A DNA stretch of 64,000 bases from Fimbriimonadaceae bacterium (GCA_025934835.1 JAICWL010000004.1:2474-66473), one strand, 5' to 3'; positions 46,247 through 56,345 are shown, numbered from the stretch's first letter. Made by a program: numbers and translations. The notes: generated from the letters alone by a model not told the origin.

Positions 46247-46681
46247 GCTCAACAGGAGGTACTGACTGTCGAGGGATCGACGTCTTCACGCTGAACCCGG
46301 TGGAATCTGCATCATTGCAGCCGTTACCGAGCGTCGCTCTGCGTCGCACCCTCCGGCCACAAAGGCAAGTGTCAATAGCGCCCTGGCGAAACAACATTGT
46401 TTCCCCTTCACCTCCCCGATGACTCGGGGCGTCGTACGCGCGCGTCCGACTCCTGCTCCGTCTACGGGGTTAGCTGTCGGGTTTGGGCCAAGAGTTACCC
46501 TCGAAGCCATTCGGCTTCTTTCACCCCTAAGTTACGGTTCCCCCGTTCTCTCACAGTCGAGAGATTCAACGTTTGGCTTTGCAGCCTCAGCTACAGTGTA
46601 GCACGATTTCCCCGACATGGCCGAGCCGATTCGGTGCTTCGCAGCCGGGCGCCGATAACACAAAGCCAGAACGCCCTGAGC

Positions 46682-47197
46682 TTACGCCTTTTCCTTCAGG
46701 AGCTGTTTGACGACATCTTCGAACTGGTATGCGAGCACCGGCGCGTAGCCCATCTGAACCCGCCGGACGACGCCCTTGCGATCCACGATCACGAACGCGG
46801 GAATACCCGTGATATTCAGCTTTGTCGCGTAACCGTCGTTCGCCGTCGTGAACATGTAAGTGTAGTGGTGCTGCTTCGCGTAGGTCGGTGCCGCCGTTAC
46901 GCTGCCGCCGTCCCCGGTGTTCGCTCCGATCACCACGAGGCCCTGCTTCGCGTACTTCTTGTGAAGCTCCTGCATCGCCGGCGAGGCAAGCTTGCACGGC
47001 CCGCACCAGGTTGCCCAAAAATCGAGGAGGACGACTTTGCCCCGGAGGGACTTGTCGGTCACCTTGTGTCCGGCAGTGTCCTTCATGGTGAAAGGAGGCA
47101 CCTTCTTACCGACGAGAGGATCGAGTGGCCCAGCTTGTGCAGCCGCCAATACCGTACATCCCAAACCGGCCACGAGGGCCCAACTCTTAATATTCAT
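46682..47197 (-). CDS. periplasmic thiol:disulfide oxidoreductase (TlpA/ResA-like thioredoxin fold)
   Basis: Signal peptide and a [10 protein letters not shown] active site. Start set at MNIKSW (47197). Confidence 0.85.
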   Translation of the reverse strand: MNIKSWALVAGLGCTVLAAAQAGPLDPLVGKKVPPFTMKDTAGHKVTDKSLRGKVVLLDFWATWCGPCKLASPAMQELHKKYAKQGLVVIGANTGDGGSVTAAPTYAKQHHYTYMFTTANDGYATKLNITGIPAFVIVDRKGVVRRVQMGYAPVLAYQFEDVVKQLLKEKA

Positions 47198-47282
47198 GCG
47201 TGCTCCCATGCAGAACGATACTGCTCCAAGAAGTCTAACGCCCGACAGGGCTCGATGGCTCCCATAAAGCCATAATGCCCGA

Positions 47283-48641
47283 GTGAAACGCTGGAGCATC
47301 GCCTTCTTGGTGGCGCTGCTTGGCGCCTTCTTAGTGGTTGCGGACCGGTCGGCGAACCCCCTGATGCTTCATGACACCGACACAGCGGTGTTGCTCCAAA
47401 CGATCCGGGCTCGGCATGACCCTCTTAGCTGGTTTGTCGGTGACTGGCCACTTCAGAATCATTTCTATCGCCCGATTTCTACGCTGGCGTTCGAGCTTGA
47501 CAACCGCCTGTATGGCTCCGCGGCATCGGGATACGGCCTGACGAACGCGCTTCTGTGCGCGCTGAGCGTTCTACTCCTTTTTTGGTTCGTACGCGAGCTC
47601 ACCGACCTTCCAGTGCTCAGCGCAGGCTCGGCGGCGCTCTTCGCACTTTGGACCGCTGGCTCGACTTCGCTGGCCATCTCTTGCGTCTCGCTTCTTGGCC
47701 TCGCCTGCCTCGCGGGCGGGCTTTGGCGTCACCAGCTGCGAATCGGCTGGTACCTCCCGGGCTACTTCGTCTTCGCGTTCGCTGCCTCCGAGCTCCACGG
47801 CATTCGCCCGCTCGAAGCTCGAATGCTCGATTGGCTGCCGGGACGGACGGCATCGGTCATGTGCGTTTTTGCGCTTATCGCCATGGCGGCATACGCCCGT
47901 TATGAGCGCACGAGTGCCAAAAGGCTGGTTGCCGCTCCCGGGCCGCTCGATCCTCCCGCGACGCGGAATACCGTACGAGCAAGAGAGCCGTCCAAGTTCT
48001 CGTTTCTTTGGGCCGTCGGTGCACTGCTGGCTTGCGCCGCGGCGCTCGGAAGCTACGAGCAGGCGGTTATGTTGCCCGCGTGCGTGCTCGGTGTTGCGAT
48101 CGTGCAGCGACTGCGCGGCTACAAGGTCCGATGGGGCTGGCAGCTAGGGTTCTGGTCTCTCCTAGCCGCGTACCTGGTTCTCCGATCTCGCCTGATTCCG
48201 GTAATGCCGTCTCACTATCAGCTTCAGCAGTTCCGCCATGGGCCTGGCGTGTACCTGTCGCTGACAGAGTTCCTCCTGCCGGCATTCGGGTCCTATCCGG
48301 CGTTCATTCAAACGTTCGACGAAGGCTTCCTACTTCTCCTCAACCCACAACTTTGGAGCATCGTCCACGCTTCGGTTGCGAACGCCGTCGCGTACTACCA
48401 GTTGCGCCGTCATTGGGTGCTCGCCCTTGCAGGTTGGGCGCTTTCCGTAGTCTCGTTTCTGCCGATGGCATGGCTCAAAGAATTCGAGCACTACTTTTAT
48501 TGGCCGATGGCGATGAGATCGCTATTCGTCTGCGTGCTAATTTGGGTAGGGCTCGACCTGCTGATTATCGCGTGGTCGCGCCCAGGTCTGCAAGCGCCTG
48601 CTCGGCCTTCTGCCGCACCTGGTTCGCTTCCTCATCCGTGA
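47283..48641 (+). CDS. polytopic membrane protein, GT-C (PMT/ArnT/TMTC-like) glycosyltransferase candidate
   Basis: About 11 TM helices. The N-terminal loop [18 protein letters not shown]...GYGLTNALL resembles the first loop of PMT_2/TMTC-type enzymes. Confidence 0.55.
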   Translation: MKRWSIAFLVALLGAFLVVADRSANPLMLHDTDTAVLLQTIRARHDPLSWFVGDWPLQNHFYRPISTLAFELDNRLYGSAASGYGLTNALLCALSVLLLFWFVRELTDLPVLSAGSAALFALWTAGSTSLAISCVSLLGLACLAGGLWRHQLRIGWYLPGYFVFAFAASELHGIRPLEARMLDWLPGRTASVMCVFALIAMAAYARYERTSAKRLVAAPGPLDPPATRNTVRAREPSKFSFLWAVGALLACAAALGSYEQAVMLPACVLGVAIVQRLRGYKVRWGWQLGFWSLLAAYLVLRSRLIPVMPSHYQLQQFRHGPGVYLSLTEFLLPAFGSYPAFIQTFDEGFLLLLNPQLWSIVHASVANAVAYYQLRRHWVLALAGWALSVVSFLPMAWLKEFEHYFYWPMAMRSLFVCVLIWVGLDLLIIAWSRPGLQAPARPSAAPGSLPHP

Positions 48642-50619
48642 GGTTCGCGCCTTGCTTTCGCAAGACGAGGGCTACGTTTAGCGAGTGCTTCCCTTCGGGG
48701 ATTCCCTTCCCTTCGTAATTCTCGAATAGCCAGTGGCGCTCGAGCAACGGCCCGCAGGCCCGCTCCAGCGTCTCCGCGATCCGAGCGTACGGCACCGCCT
48801 TATCGACGAGAATCGCCATGTCCCTGCGTACGGCGGGGTTCTTACTGACCGGTTCCAGCTCGAGGTTGACTTCCCGGACTTCGAAAAGCAAGCGCGTGGA
48901 CAGCTCCGCAGCTACCGTGCCAGCCGCTAGCCCCGCCTCCGCTGTCGCGTCCGGATGAATCTCGCCCAACCAACCCGCCACTCGGCTCCCGAGAACGACC
49001 TCTGCCTGCCGGGTCGGGTGAAATCGCGGGTCGGGGTCCTGTGGTGCTCTGAGCTTGAACCGCACTCCCACCGCGTCGAGGACGGCTTCGAGCGACCCTT
49101 TGAGGCTGAAGAAGTCGGCCACGGACTTGCCGCCTTCCCAATCGACGGGGCTCAGGTCTCCCGCACTTAGGAAACCCACACGCTCCTCGTCGACGAGCGT
49201 GCCCTGTCGCCTGCCGAATACTTCGCCAATCTCAAAGAGGCTCAGGGCCCTGCCACCGTTTCGCTGGGCCGCTTCGGCAAGCGACGGGAGCAATGCGTTT
49301 CGAAGCGTAGACATTTCGGGGGACGCCGGGTTGCGAGGACCGATCGGATCGAGATCGCGGCCATCGAGAGCGCCTGGCCGTCGAAGAGAATGGCTGACAA
49401 TCTGATCGAAGCCCGCCCTCGTGCACGCCTCGCGAAGCTGATCTTCCCATAGCTCGTAGCCTCGCGCCCCGCCCAAAGTGGTCTCGCCGTGGGGCAGGAG
49501 CTCGGGAATCTTCTCGTAGCCGTGCACTCTGCCAAGCTCTTCGATAAGGTCCTCTTCGCGAACCACGTCAGGACGCCAGCTAGGCGGGACGACGGACAGC
49601 TTCCGAGGACCGTTTTGCTGCACTTCGAAACCAAGACGGCCGAGATAATCCTCCGCGGACTGGGGGCTTATCGGCATGCCGAGAAGCATGTCACTGCGAT
49701 CGAGGGCCAAGTGGATCTCCCGGCGATTCGGTCGAACCGGAAAGTGGTCGACGACGTTTGAATACTTCGCATCAGGGGCCGAATCGAGCAGCAGTTCCGT
49801 GAAACGCTGAATGGCAGCCACAACTCCGTCCGGATCGACACTGCGCTCGAACCGGTAGCTCGCTTCTGTATTCAATCCAAGCGACTTCCGAATCCGCCGA
49901 ACGGCGGTATTCGTGAAGTGAGCGGATTCGAGCAAAATGCGCGTCGTGGACTCGGTAACCTCGGTTTCGAGGCCGCCCATGGTGCCCGGTGCGCCCACCG
50001 GCTTCTCGCCGTCGCAGATCATCATCAAGCCGGGCCGAAGCTCGTGCTCCTGGCCGTTAAGCGTGGTGAGCTCCTCTCCCCAGGTCGATTCGCGAACGAC
50101 GATTCGGTGGCCCGAGAGCTTTTCATAGTCGAATGCATGGAGCGGCTGGCCCATCTCCAGCATCACGTAGTTCGTTAGGTCGACCAGAAGCCCCAGCGGC
50201 CGCATCCCCGCCTGGCGAAGCCGGATTTGCATCCACTCGGGTGAAGGTACGTTCGGTAGCTTTTCGAAATATCTGCACGCGTAACGCGTACAATCGGCGG
50301 CCTCGATCTTCACGATGTCGGTCGGGATTTCCAGGGATTCGGATCTGTTCGCGGCGGTCGCTGCGAAACGGCCCGCGGCCCGCCAGTATAGCTCGGTGCC
50401 CTCCGCGTCCGGGTCCTTGGCGATCACTTCACGTGCAAGGCCGAGCACGGAAAGGCCGTCGCCCCGGTTGCTCATAACCTTGATGTCCAGAACCTGGTCC
50501 CCTTCGACCTCCTCGATGCCCTCGAGCTCGAAGCCTGCCATGGTGAGCAGGTCGCCTACCTGATGGGCGTCGAGCTCGGTGCGAGCGTAATCCAGCAGCA
50601 TCGAGTAAGGAAACTTCAT
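48565..50619 (-). CDS. pheT: phenylalanine--tRNA ligase beta subunit (short form lacking the B2 OB domain)
   Basis: MKFPYSMLLDY... B1 domain, then B3_4, B5, a catalytic-like domain and a C-terminal FDX-ACB domain. 684 aa. Confidence 0.9.
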   Translation of the reverse strand: MKFPYSMLLDYARTELDAHQVGDLLTMAGFELEGIEEVEGDQVLDIKVMSNRGDGLSVLGLAREVIAKDPDAEGTELYWRAAGRFAATAANRSESLEIPTDIVKIEAADCTRYACRYFEKLPNVPSPEWMQIRLRQAGMRPLGLLVDLTNYVMLEMGQPLHAFDYEKLSGHRIVVRESTWGEELTTLNGQEHELRPGLMMICDGEKPVGAPGTMGGLETEVTESTTRILLESAHFTNTAVRRIRKSLGLNTEASYRFERSVDPDGVVAAIQRFTELLLDSAPDAKYSNVVDHFPVRPNRREIHLALDRSDMLLGMPISPQSAEDYLGRLGFEVQQNGPRKLSVVPPSWRPDVVREEDLIEELGRVHGYEKIPELLPHGETTLGGARGYELWEDQLREACTRAGFDQIVSHSLRRPGALDGRDLDPIGPRNPASPEMSTLRNALLPSLAEAAQRNGGRALSLFEIGEVFGRRQGTLVDEERVGFLSAGDLSPVDWEGGKSVADFFSLKGSLEAVLDAVGVRFKLRAPQDPDPRFHPTRQAEVVLGSRVAGWLGEIHPDATAEAGLAAGTVAAELSTRLLFEVREVNLELEPVSKNPAVRRDMAILVDKAVPYARIAETLERACGPLLERHWLFENYEGKGIPEGKHSLNVALVLRKQGANLTDEEANQVRQKAEQALADLGATTR

Positions 50620-50649
50620 GCTGCGCGAAGTTTACTGGAGGCAGTCGTC

Positions 50650-51117
50650 TCAGTCGGCCCCTGCAACCCAAAGCGAGTCGTATTCCTCGGGGTCTTGCAC
50701 CAGCTCCACGCCGACGGGCGAGTCGACGATCTCGTTCCACCGTGCATCCATTTCGCTTTCGTCTCTCACGATGCGGTCGTAGCTTTCATTGTAGAACGGA
50801 GGCCACTTTTCGCCGGTCGCCTTCATAATCTGCCTGCCGGCTTTCGCCTTCGCCTTCTCCACGATCGAGCTAAGCTCGTGCGGCGATCCCGCTGCCGTTT
50901 CCATAACGCGGGCCATCAGCTCCGTCGTTTCGGGAAGGACGCATATTATCGCGAGATCCCACTGCCGGCCGTCTGGCTTGAGCAGCGCGCGAAGCAGCAG
51001 CCGTCGCTCCGCATCCTCCAAGGGTCTTCGGTGCCGAAACGTGACGTAGTAGCACACGTTGTCGGCACGCCAATGGGGCAGCCTTCCACGCCAAACCCTG
51101 AAGTTCTTGAACGCCAT
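50650..51117 (-). CDS. IS200/RAYT (Y1 transposase)-like protein with degenerate catalytic motifs
   Basis: GRLPHW...YYVTFRHR N-terminal pattern of the family. The position of the HUH motif reads VLPETTELM and the position of the catalytic Tyr reads NEIVDSPV. Start set at MAFKNF (51117). Confidence 0.6.
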   Translation of the reverse strand: MAFKNFRVWRGRLPHWRADNVCYYVTFRHRRPLEDAERRLLLRALLKPDGRQWDLAIICVLPETTELMARVMETAAGSPHELSSIVEKAKAKAGRQIMKATGEKWPPFYNESYDRIVRDESEMDARWNEIVDSPVGVELVQDPEEYDSLWVAGAD

Positions 51118-51225
51118 CCGCTTTCCCTTGTTCCTACTCCGAACCGACCGGTCGTCGTCCGTGCGCTCGCCCGATCGATGACTGTGCACGAGTCAAGCTC
51201 GCCCTGCTCGCTGGCTGATCAACCG

Positions 51226-51567
51226 CTATTCCAGCGCGGCGTCGCCGCGCTCGCCGGTACGAATGCGCACAGCCTCGATCACGTCGCTCACAAAAATCTT
51301 CCCGTCTCCGATCTCGCCAGAGCGCGTCGTGCGGACGATGGCATCGATCGCATCTTCCACCTGCTCGTCGGTCACGAATACCTCGAGCTTCATTTTGGGC
51401 AGAAGATTGACAGCGTAAGTGCTTCCCCGGTACTTGTCGGTGCGTCCAAGCTGCCGCCCGTAGCCACGCACCTGCTCGCAGCTCAGGCCCTGAATGCCGG
51501 CCTCTTCGAGCGCCTGCTTCACATCTTCGAGCTTATTGACGCGCACGAATGCCTCGATGCGCTTCAT
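51226..51567 (-). CDS. glnB: nitrogen regulatory protein P-II
   Basis: MKRIEAFVR..., T-loop GYGRQLGRTDKYRGSTY, C-terminal ...GDGKIFV...RIRTGE. Confidence 0.9.
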   Translation of the reverse strand: MKRIEAFVRVNKLEDVKQALEEAGIQGLSCEQVRGYGRQLGRTDKYRGSTYAVNLLPKMKLEVFVTDEQVEDAIDAIVRTTRSGEIGDGKIFVSDVIEAVRIRTGERGDAALE

Positions 51568-51611
51568 TGGCCACTCCGGATGCCCGCTAAGTCCAAATAC
51601 ATATCTCCTAA

Positions 51612-52154
51612 TCAGACGGATTCGAGCGTGATCTGGTCGTTTGTGAAAACGCATATGCCCGAAGCGATGCGCATCGCTTCCCTTGCGATCTCCTCGGCGC
51701 CCAGCGCCGTATTCGACGCAAGAGCTCGAGCGGCTGCCAGCGCGTAAGCGCCTCCCGATCCGATGCCCGCTATGCCATCGTCTGGCTCGATAACATTTCC
51801 ATCACCACCGACGAGCAGCAACCCCTCGACGTCCGCAACCAACATCAGCGCGTTAAGCTGACGCAGAACCCGATCCGTACGCCACTCTTTCGCGAATTCA
51901 ACGGCAGCGCGCTTCAGGTTCCCCGAGCACTGTTCGAGCTTCGATTCGAACCTGTCCTGCAGTGACTGGGCGTCGGCCACGGCCCCAGCGAATCCGCAAA
52001 CGACCTTGCCGTCCGCGAGCCGGCGGACTTTGCGGGCTCCATGCTTGATGATCGTGGTCTCGCCGAGCGTCACCTGGCCGTCGGCCGCGATGGCCGTCCT
52101 TCCATCGCGGCGAACGCCGATAACTGTGGTCGAGCGAACCTTGAGCCGTGCCAC
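51612..52154 (-). CDS. hslV: ATP-dependent protease subunit HslV
   Basis: TTVIGVRRDG...DGQVTLG...GFAG...GSGG pattern. GTG start gives an 8-residue leader (MARLKVRS) before the Thr-Thr. Confidence 0.9.
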   Translation of the reverse strand: MARLKVRSTTVIGVRRDGRTAIAADGQVTLGETTIIKHGARKVRRLADGKVVCGFAGAVADAQSLQDRFESKLEQCSGNLKRAAVEFAKEWRTDRVLRQLNALMLVADVEGLLLVGGDGNVIEPDDGIAGIGSGGAYALAAARALASNTALGAEEIAREAMRIASGICVFTNDQITLESV

Positions 52155-52176
52155 TATAACAAATTACCTTGGCGCT

Positions 52177-53655
52177 TTATGGCTGCTTCTGCCAAATCGC
52201 GAGCTTGGACATATTGCCACAGCGATCGACGGCGGCAACGGCAACCCCGTCCAACGCCGCGGCGCCAACCGCCTCGGGCGCGTCGAAGCGATGAGTTTGG
52301 CCCGGCAAAACGTCGTACGACCACGCCCCGCCATATGAGCGCCACACCGCCCACCATGCGGCGGGCTCGTCGCCAGTCGACGACCAGGTAAAGATTTCGC
52401 TGCCGGCCTGAAGCGCGGGCGCCCCTAGAACCGGAGCAGATGGCGGCACGTCGTCGAGCCAGGGCGAGGCCGGTATCAGCGCGGGCTGAGAATAGAGCCC
52501 GCTGCGCAATTGCGTTGTAATTCCTCCCGCATTCAACAGAAACGCCTTCATGCTGAAATGCACCGAGCCAGGCGCGGAGGTCAGTTCCCGCGTCAGCCGG
52601 ATTTGATCCTCGATCTCTGAGGGGGCCCACGCATTCTTCCCTTCGAAAGTTCGGCTCGTATAGAGCCCTGGCCACAGATTGCGACCCTTCGAGTTCTGCG
52701 CGGACCACCATTTCAGCAGTGCTGGAAAGCTCTGGGCGGTTTGCGACACCGGCCAATAAAGTTGGGGCGAGAAGTAGTCGCACCACCCTTCCTGGAGCCA
52801 CTTGCGAGCGTCGGCGTAAAGCTGAGAGTATTGGTCGATGCCGGCTTTGATGCCGCTGGGCATTCCCGGCCGGTAAATCCCGAACGGGCTGATGCCGAAT
52901 TTCACCCACTTCTTCGTCGACTTGATCGAGTCGTACAACTCGTGTACGAAGTCGTCGACGTTCTTGCGCCGCCAGTCCGATTTCGACAGGTTGCCTCCCG
53001 AAGCGACATACCGGCCCCAGCTAGTCTCGTCCGGAAAGTCTTGGCCGCCCTCCGGGTACGGGTAGAAATAGTCGTCGATATGCACGCCGTCGATGTCGTA
53101 TCGGCGAACGACGTCAGTGATCACTTGGATGCTGCGCCGTCGGACCTCCGGTTCTCCAGGATCCATCCACAGATACTTGCCGTAATGCCTCACGAGGTTA
53201 GGGTGAACTCGCGAGATATGGCCGGGAGCATTCGGGCCCTTCTGCGAAGGATGGTACGCGCGGTACGGGTTGAACCAGCAGTGCAGCTCTAATCCGCGCC
53301 TATGTGCTTCCTGCACGGCAAAGCTCAACGGGTCGTAGTAGGGATCGGGCGCCCTACCCTGCTTACCGGTCAGATATTCGGACCACGGCTCGAGCTTCGA
53401 GGCGTAAAGCGCGTCCGCCGACGGCCGCACTTGCAAGATCACCGCGTTCAGATTCATGCCGGCGGCCACGTCCATGATGTGCGTCAGCTCGGTTTTCTGC
53501 TGATCGGTCGTCAAGGTTCGTTTGGAGGGCCAGTCGATATTGTCGACAGTCGCCACCCAAACCCCGCGAAACTCCCGCGGAAACGGTGGAGGGACTAGCT
53601 GGCGGTGGCCCGGCATCGTGGCCATGCAGGCCATCATCGCTATCACGCTGAACAT
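52177..53655 (-). CDS. glycoside-hydrolase-like family 10 (GHL10/DUF187) protein with a C-terminal beta-sandwich
   Basis: FRGVWVATVDNIDWPS, ...NAVILQVRP... and WFNPYRA motifs. Confidence 0.8.
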   Translation of the reverse strand: MFSVIAMMACMATMPGHRQLVPPPFPREFRGVWVATVDNIDWPSKRTLTTDQQKTELTHIMDVAAGMNLNAVILQVRPSADALYASKLEPWSEYLTGKQGRAPDPYYDPLSFAVQEAHRRGLELHCWFNPYRAYHPSQKGPNAPGHISRVHPNLVRHYGKYLWMDPGEPEVRRRSIQVITDVVRRYDIDGVHIDDYFYPYPEGGQDFPDETSWGRYVASGGNLSKSDWRRKNVDDFVHELYDSIKSTKKWVKFGISPFGIYRPGMPSGIKAGIDQYSQLYADARKWLQEGWCDYFSPQLYWPVSQTAQSFPALLKWWSAQNSKGRNLWPGLYTSRTFEGKNAWAPSEIEDQIRLTRELTSAPGSVHFSMKAFLLNAGGITTQLRSGLYSQPALIPASPWLDDVPPSAPVLGAPALQAGSEIFTWSSTGDEPAAWWAVWRSYGGAWSYDVLPGQTHRFDAPEAVGAAALDGVAVAAVDRCGNMSKLAIWQKQP

Positions 53656-53744
53656 CCTTAATAATCCTGACGCACGGGGGCCGGCTCGGCAATCGTCGAG
53701 ACGGGTTTTTGCTGCGAGCTTGGCGGCGGTAACATTCTCGCGCG

Positions 53745-55349
53745 ATGGATCCCCTCGCTTCAGTCTTCAATTTCGACAGCCCGGAAGCACGCGCGAATTT
53801 GGAGTCGATGCAAGCATGCTTGGCCGAGTATCGTCGCCGCTCCAGCGAGGCGAAGGAAGGCGGAGGCGCCGATGCCGTAGCGAAGCACCGGGGGCGCGGA
53901 AAGATGCTCGCACGCGAGCGAATCGACGCACTGCTCGACGAGGGTTCGCCGTTCCTAGAGTTCAGCACCCTTGCTGCCGGTGGAATGTACGATGGGGAAG
54001 CGCCTGGAGCGGGAATCGTCACCGGCATCGGGCAAATCCATAACCGCGAGTGCGTCATCGTGGCCAACGACGCTACGGTCAAAGGCGGCACATATTTTCC
54101 CGTTACGGTGAAAAAGCACCTCCGGGCGCAAGAGATCGCGCTCGAGAACCACTTGCCGTGTATCTATCTCGTGGATTCCGGGGGTGCATTCCTGCCACTT
54201 CAAAGCGAGGTATTTCCAGACCGCGAGCATTTCGGCCGGATCTTTTACAACCAGGCGGTGATGTCCAGCCGCAGAATCCCTCAGATCGCAGCCGTTATGG
54301 GCTCCTGTACCGCCGGAGGAGCGTACGTGCCTGCCATGTGTGACGAGTCGGTGATCGTCAGGGGAAAGGGCACGATTTTCCTGGGCGGGCCGCCTCTCGT
54401 GAAAGCGGCTACCGGCGAGCAGGTCACGGCCGAGGAACTTGGGGGCGCCGATGTTCACACCCGCCTCAGCGGTGTGGCCGACCATTTGGCCGAAGACGAT
54501 GCCGAAGCTCTGCGCATCGTCCGGAACATCGTCGAGGCGCTTGGCCGTTTGCCGAGACGAGCCCCGCCTTCCAAGCCCGAAGAGCCGCAATTCCCGCCTG
54601 AACAGCTCTATTCGCTTGTTCCGAAAGACCCGAAGACTCCGATGCCGATGCGAGAAATTCTCGCTCGGGTAGTCGACGGCTCGCGGTTCGAAGAATTCAA
54701 GGCGCGATACGGCACCACGCTCATTTGCGGTTTCGCAAGGTTCTATGGCCACATCGCCGGCGTGCTGGCCAATGACGGAATCCTGTTTTCGGAATCGGCC
54801 CAAAAGGGCGCACATTTCATCGAGCTGTGCTGCCAGCGTGGAATTCCGCTCGTGTTCCTCCAGAACATCACCGGCTTCATGGTTGGCAAGAAATACGAAA
54901 ACGAGGGTATCGCACGGCACGGCGCGAAGCTCGTGACGGCGGTTTCCACCGCGAACGTGCCCAAGTTCACCGTCATCGTTGGTGGCAGCTTCGGGGCTGG
55001 CAACTACGGCATGTGCGGACGGGCGTACGGCCCCCGGCAGCTTTGGATGTGGCCCAACGCCCGGATATCAGTTATGGGAGGCGATCAGGCTGCAAATGTG
55101 CTGCTCACCGTTAAACGGGATCAGCTCGAAGCCCGGGGCGGAGGCATGACGCCCGAAGAGGAACAGGGTTTCAAAGCGCCTATCCTCGAAGCCTACGATC
55201 GGGAATCGAGCGCCTTCTTCTCGACGGCTCGGCTTTGGGACGACGGGATCATCGATCCAGTAGACACGCGCCAGGTGCTCGCTCTGGGGATCGAAGCCGC
55301 GCAAAACGCGCCAACTCCGCCTCCAGGCTTCAGCCTGTACCGGATGTAG
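53745..55349 (+). CDS. acyl-CoA carboxylase carboxyltransferase (beta) subunit, methylcrotonoyl-CoA carboxylase-like
   Basis: 534 aa with two crotonase-like halves. [21 protein letters not shown], and GGAYVPAM / [13 protein letters not shown] motifs. Confidence 0.85.
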   Translation: MDPLASVFNFDSPEARANLESMQACLAEYRRRSSEAKEGGGADAVAKHRGRGKMLARERIDALLDEGSPFLEFSTLAAGGMYDGEAPGAGIVTGIGQIHNRECVIVANDATVKGGTYFPVTVKKHLRAQEIALENHLPCIYLVDSGGAFLPLQSEVFPDREHFGRIFYNQAVMSSRRIPQIAAVMGSCTAGGAYVPAMCDESVIVRGKGTIFLGGPPLVKAATGEQVTAEELGGADVHTRLSGVADHLAEDDAEALRIVRNIVEALGRLPRRAPPSKPEEPQFPPEQLYSLVPKDPKTPMPMREILARVVDGSRFEEFKARYGTTLICGFARFYGHIAGVLANDGILFSESAQKGAHFIELCCQRGIPLVFLQNITGFMVGKKYENEGIARHGAKLVTAVSTANVPKFTVIVGGSFGAGNYGMCGRAYGPRQLWMWPNARISVMGGDQAANVLLTVKRDQLEARGGGMTPEEEQGFKAPILEAYDRESSAFFSTARLWDDGIIDPVDTRQVLALGIEAAQNAPTPPPGFSLYRM

Positions 55350-56343
55350 CGCTGCTCGACGTCGGCTCGACTAGAGATTCGAATAACCCCATTCGGCGGA
55401 ACTTCTCGTATCGGTCTTCACGAACTTCATCCGCAGACAGACAAGAGATAGCGGCCAAATTACGCTGAATTGCATCCTTTACGCCGGCGGCAGCCTCGGC
55501 AGGGTCTCGATGTGCACCGCCTTTCGGCTCGGGGACGATCTCATCAATCAGCCCAAGTTCGAGCGCGCTTTGCGCGGTGAGCTGAAGCGCCTTGGCGGCA
55601 TCCGACGCGCGCTCGGGCATACGCCAGAGGATAGCCGCGCAACCTTCGGGCGGAATGACCGAGTAAACCGCATGCTCCTGCATCAGGACCCGGTTCGATG
55701 CCGCTATCCCAATTGCCCCGCCTGAGCCCCCCTCGCCGATAACTACGGAAACGACGGGCACGGTTAGGTCGAACATTTTCAGCATGCTCGCCGCGATCGC
55801 CTCAGAGATGCCTCGGGTCTCGCTTTCGACTCCGGGATCCGCGGCCGGCGTATCGACAAAGGTGATGACCGGCAACTTAAACCTTTCCGCCATATCGTAC
55901 AGTCGGATGGCCTTGCGATACCCCTCGGGCTTTGCCATACCGAAGTTCCGCAACTGCCGCTCCTGGATGTTGCGGCCCTTCTGATGTCCCACGACCATAA
56001 CCGGCACGCCGTCCAATGCAGCCGGGCCGCCTACTATCGCGTGGTCGGCGAACCCCAGGCGGTCTCCTTCCAGCTCGACGAAATCTGTGAACATCGCCTG
56101 GATGTAATCGAGCGTGTATGGGCGCTTCTGTGCCCGGGCCACCAGAACCTTCTCCCAGGGCCCAAGGTTCGCATACATCACTTCGATGTAGCGGTCCCGG
56201 CGCTGCTCGAATTCTGCGATCCTCGCGTCGAGCGCCTCTCGCTTAGCGACGTCCTGTTCTCGCCGTGCAACGTCCTTGAGCTTCTCGATTCCCTCCTCGA
56301 GCTCCCGAAGCGGCTTTTCCCATTCGCTGTGGTTCGTTGCCAT
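55330..56343 (-). CDS. accA: acetyl-CoA carboxylase carboxyltransferase subunit alpha
   Basis: RPYTLDYI..., [10 protein letters not shown] and GEGGSGGA motifs. Confidence 0.95.
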   Translation of the reverse strand: MATNHSEWEKPLRELEEGIEKLKDVARREQDVAKREALDARIAEFEQRRDRYIEVMYANLGPWEKVLVARAQKRPYTLDYIQAMFTDFVELEGDRLGFADHAIVGGPAALDGVPVMVVGHQKGRNIQERQLRNFGMAKPEGYRKAIRLYDMAERFKLPVITFVDTPAADPGVESETRGISEAIAASMLKMFDLTVPVVSVVIGEGGSGGAIGIAASNRVLMQEHAVYSVIPPEGCAAILWRMPERASDAAKALQLTAQSALELGLIDEIVPEPKGGAHRDPAEAAAGVKDAIQRNLAAISCLSADEVREDRYEKFRRMGLFESLVEPTSSSATSGTG

Positions 56344-56345
56344 GG

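Noticed and set aside
46218-46681. Calling the large intergenic region RNase P RNA or tmRNA.
   Set aside because: There is only partial resemblance (GGGGUGAAAG, GGAGCAGGA; GGGAUCGACG on the plus strand). The invariant RNase P P4 strands and the tmRNA acceptor/T-arm/tag-ORF hallmarks were not found by eye on either strand. I kept it as an unassigned ncRNA candidate instead.
48565-48641. Treating the 77-nt convergent overlap of the GT-C-like gene and pheT as a mis-annotation.
   Set aside because: The pheT C-terminal FDX-ACB domain needs its full length. The membrane protein has no earlier in-frame stop, and only a 17-aa hydrophilic tail of it lies in the overlap, so the overlap is probably real but unremarkable.
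50650-51189. An active IS200/IS605 insertion sequence.
   Set aside because: There is a single short gene with apparently degenerate HUH/Tyr motifs. There is no tnpB, no subterminal hairpins and no repeated copies in the window.
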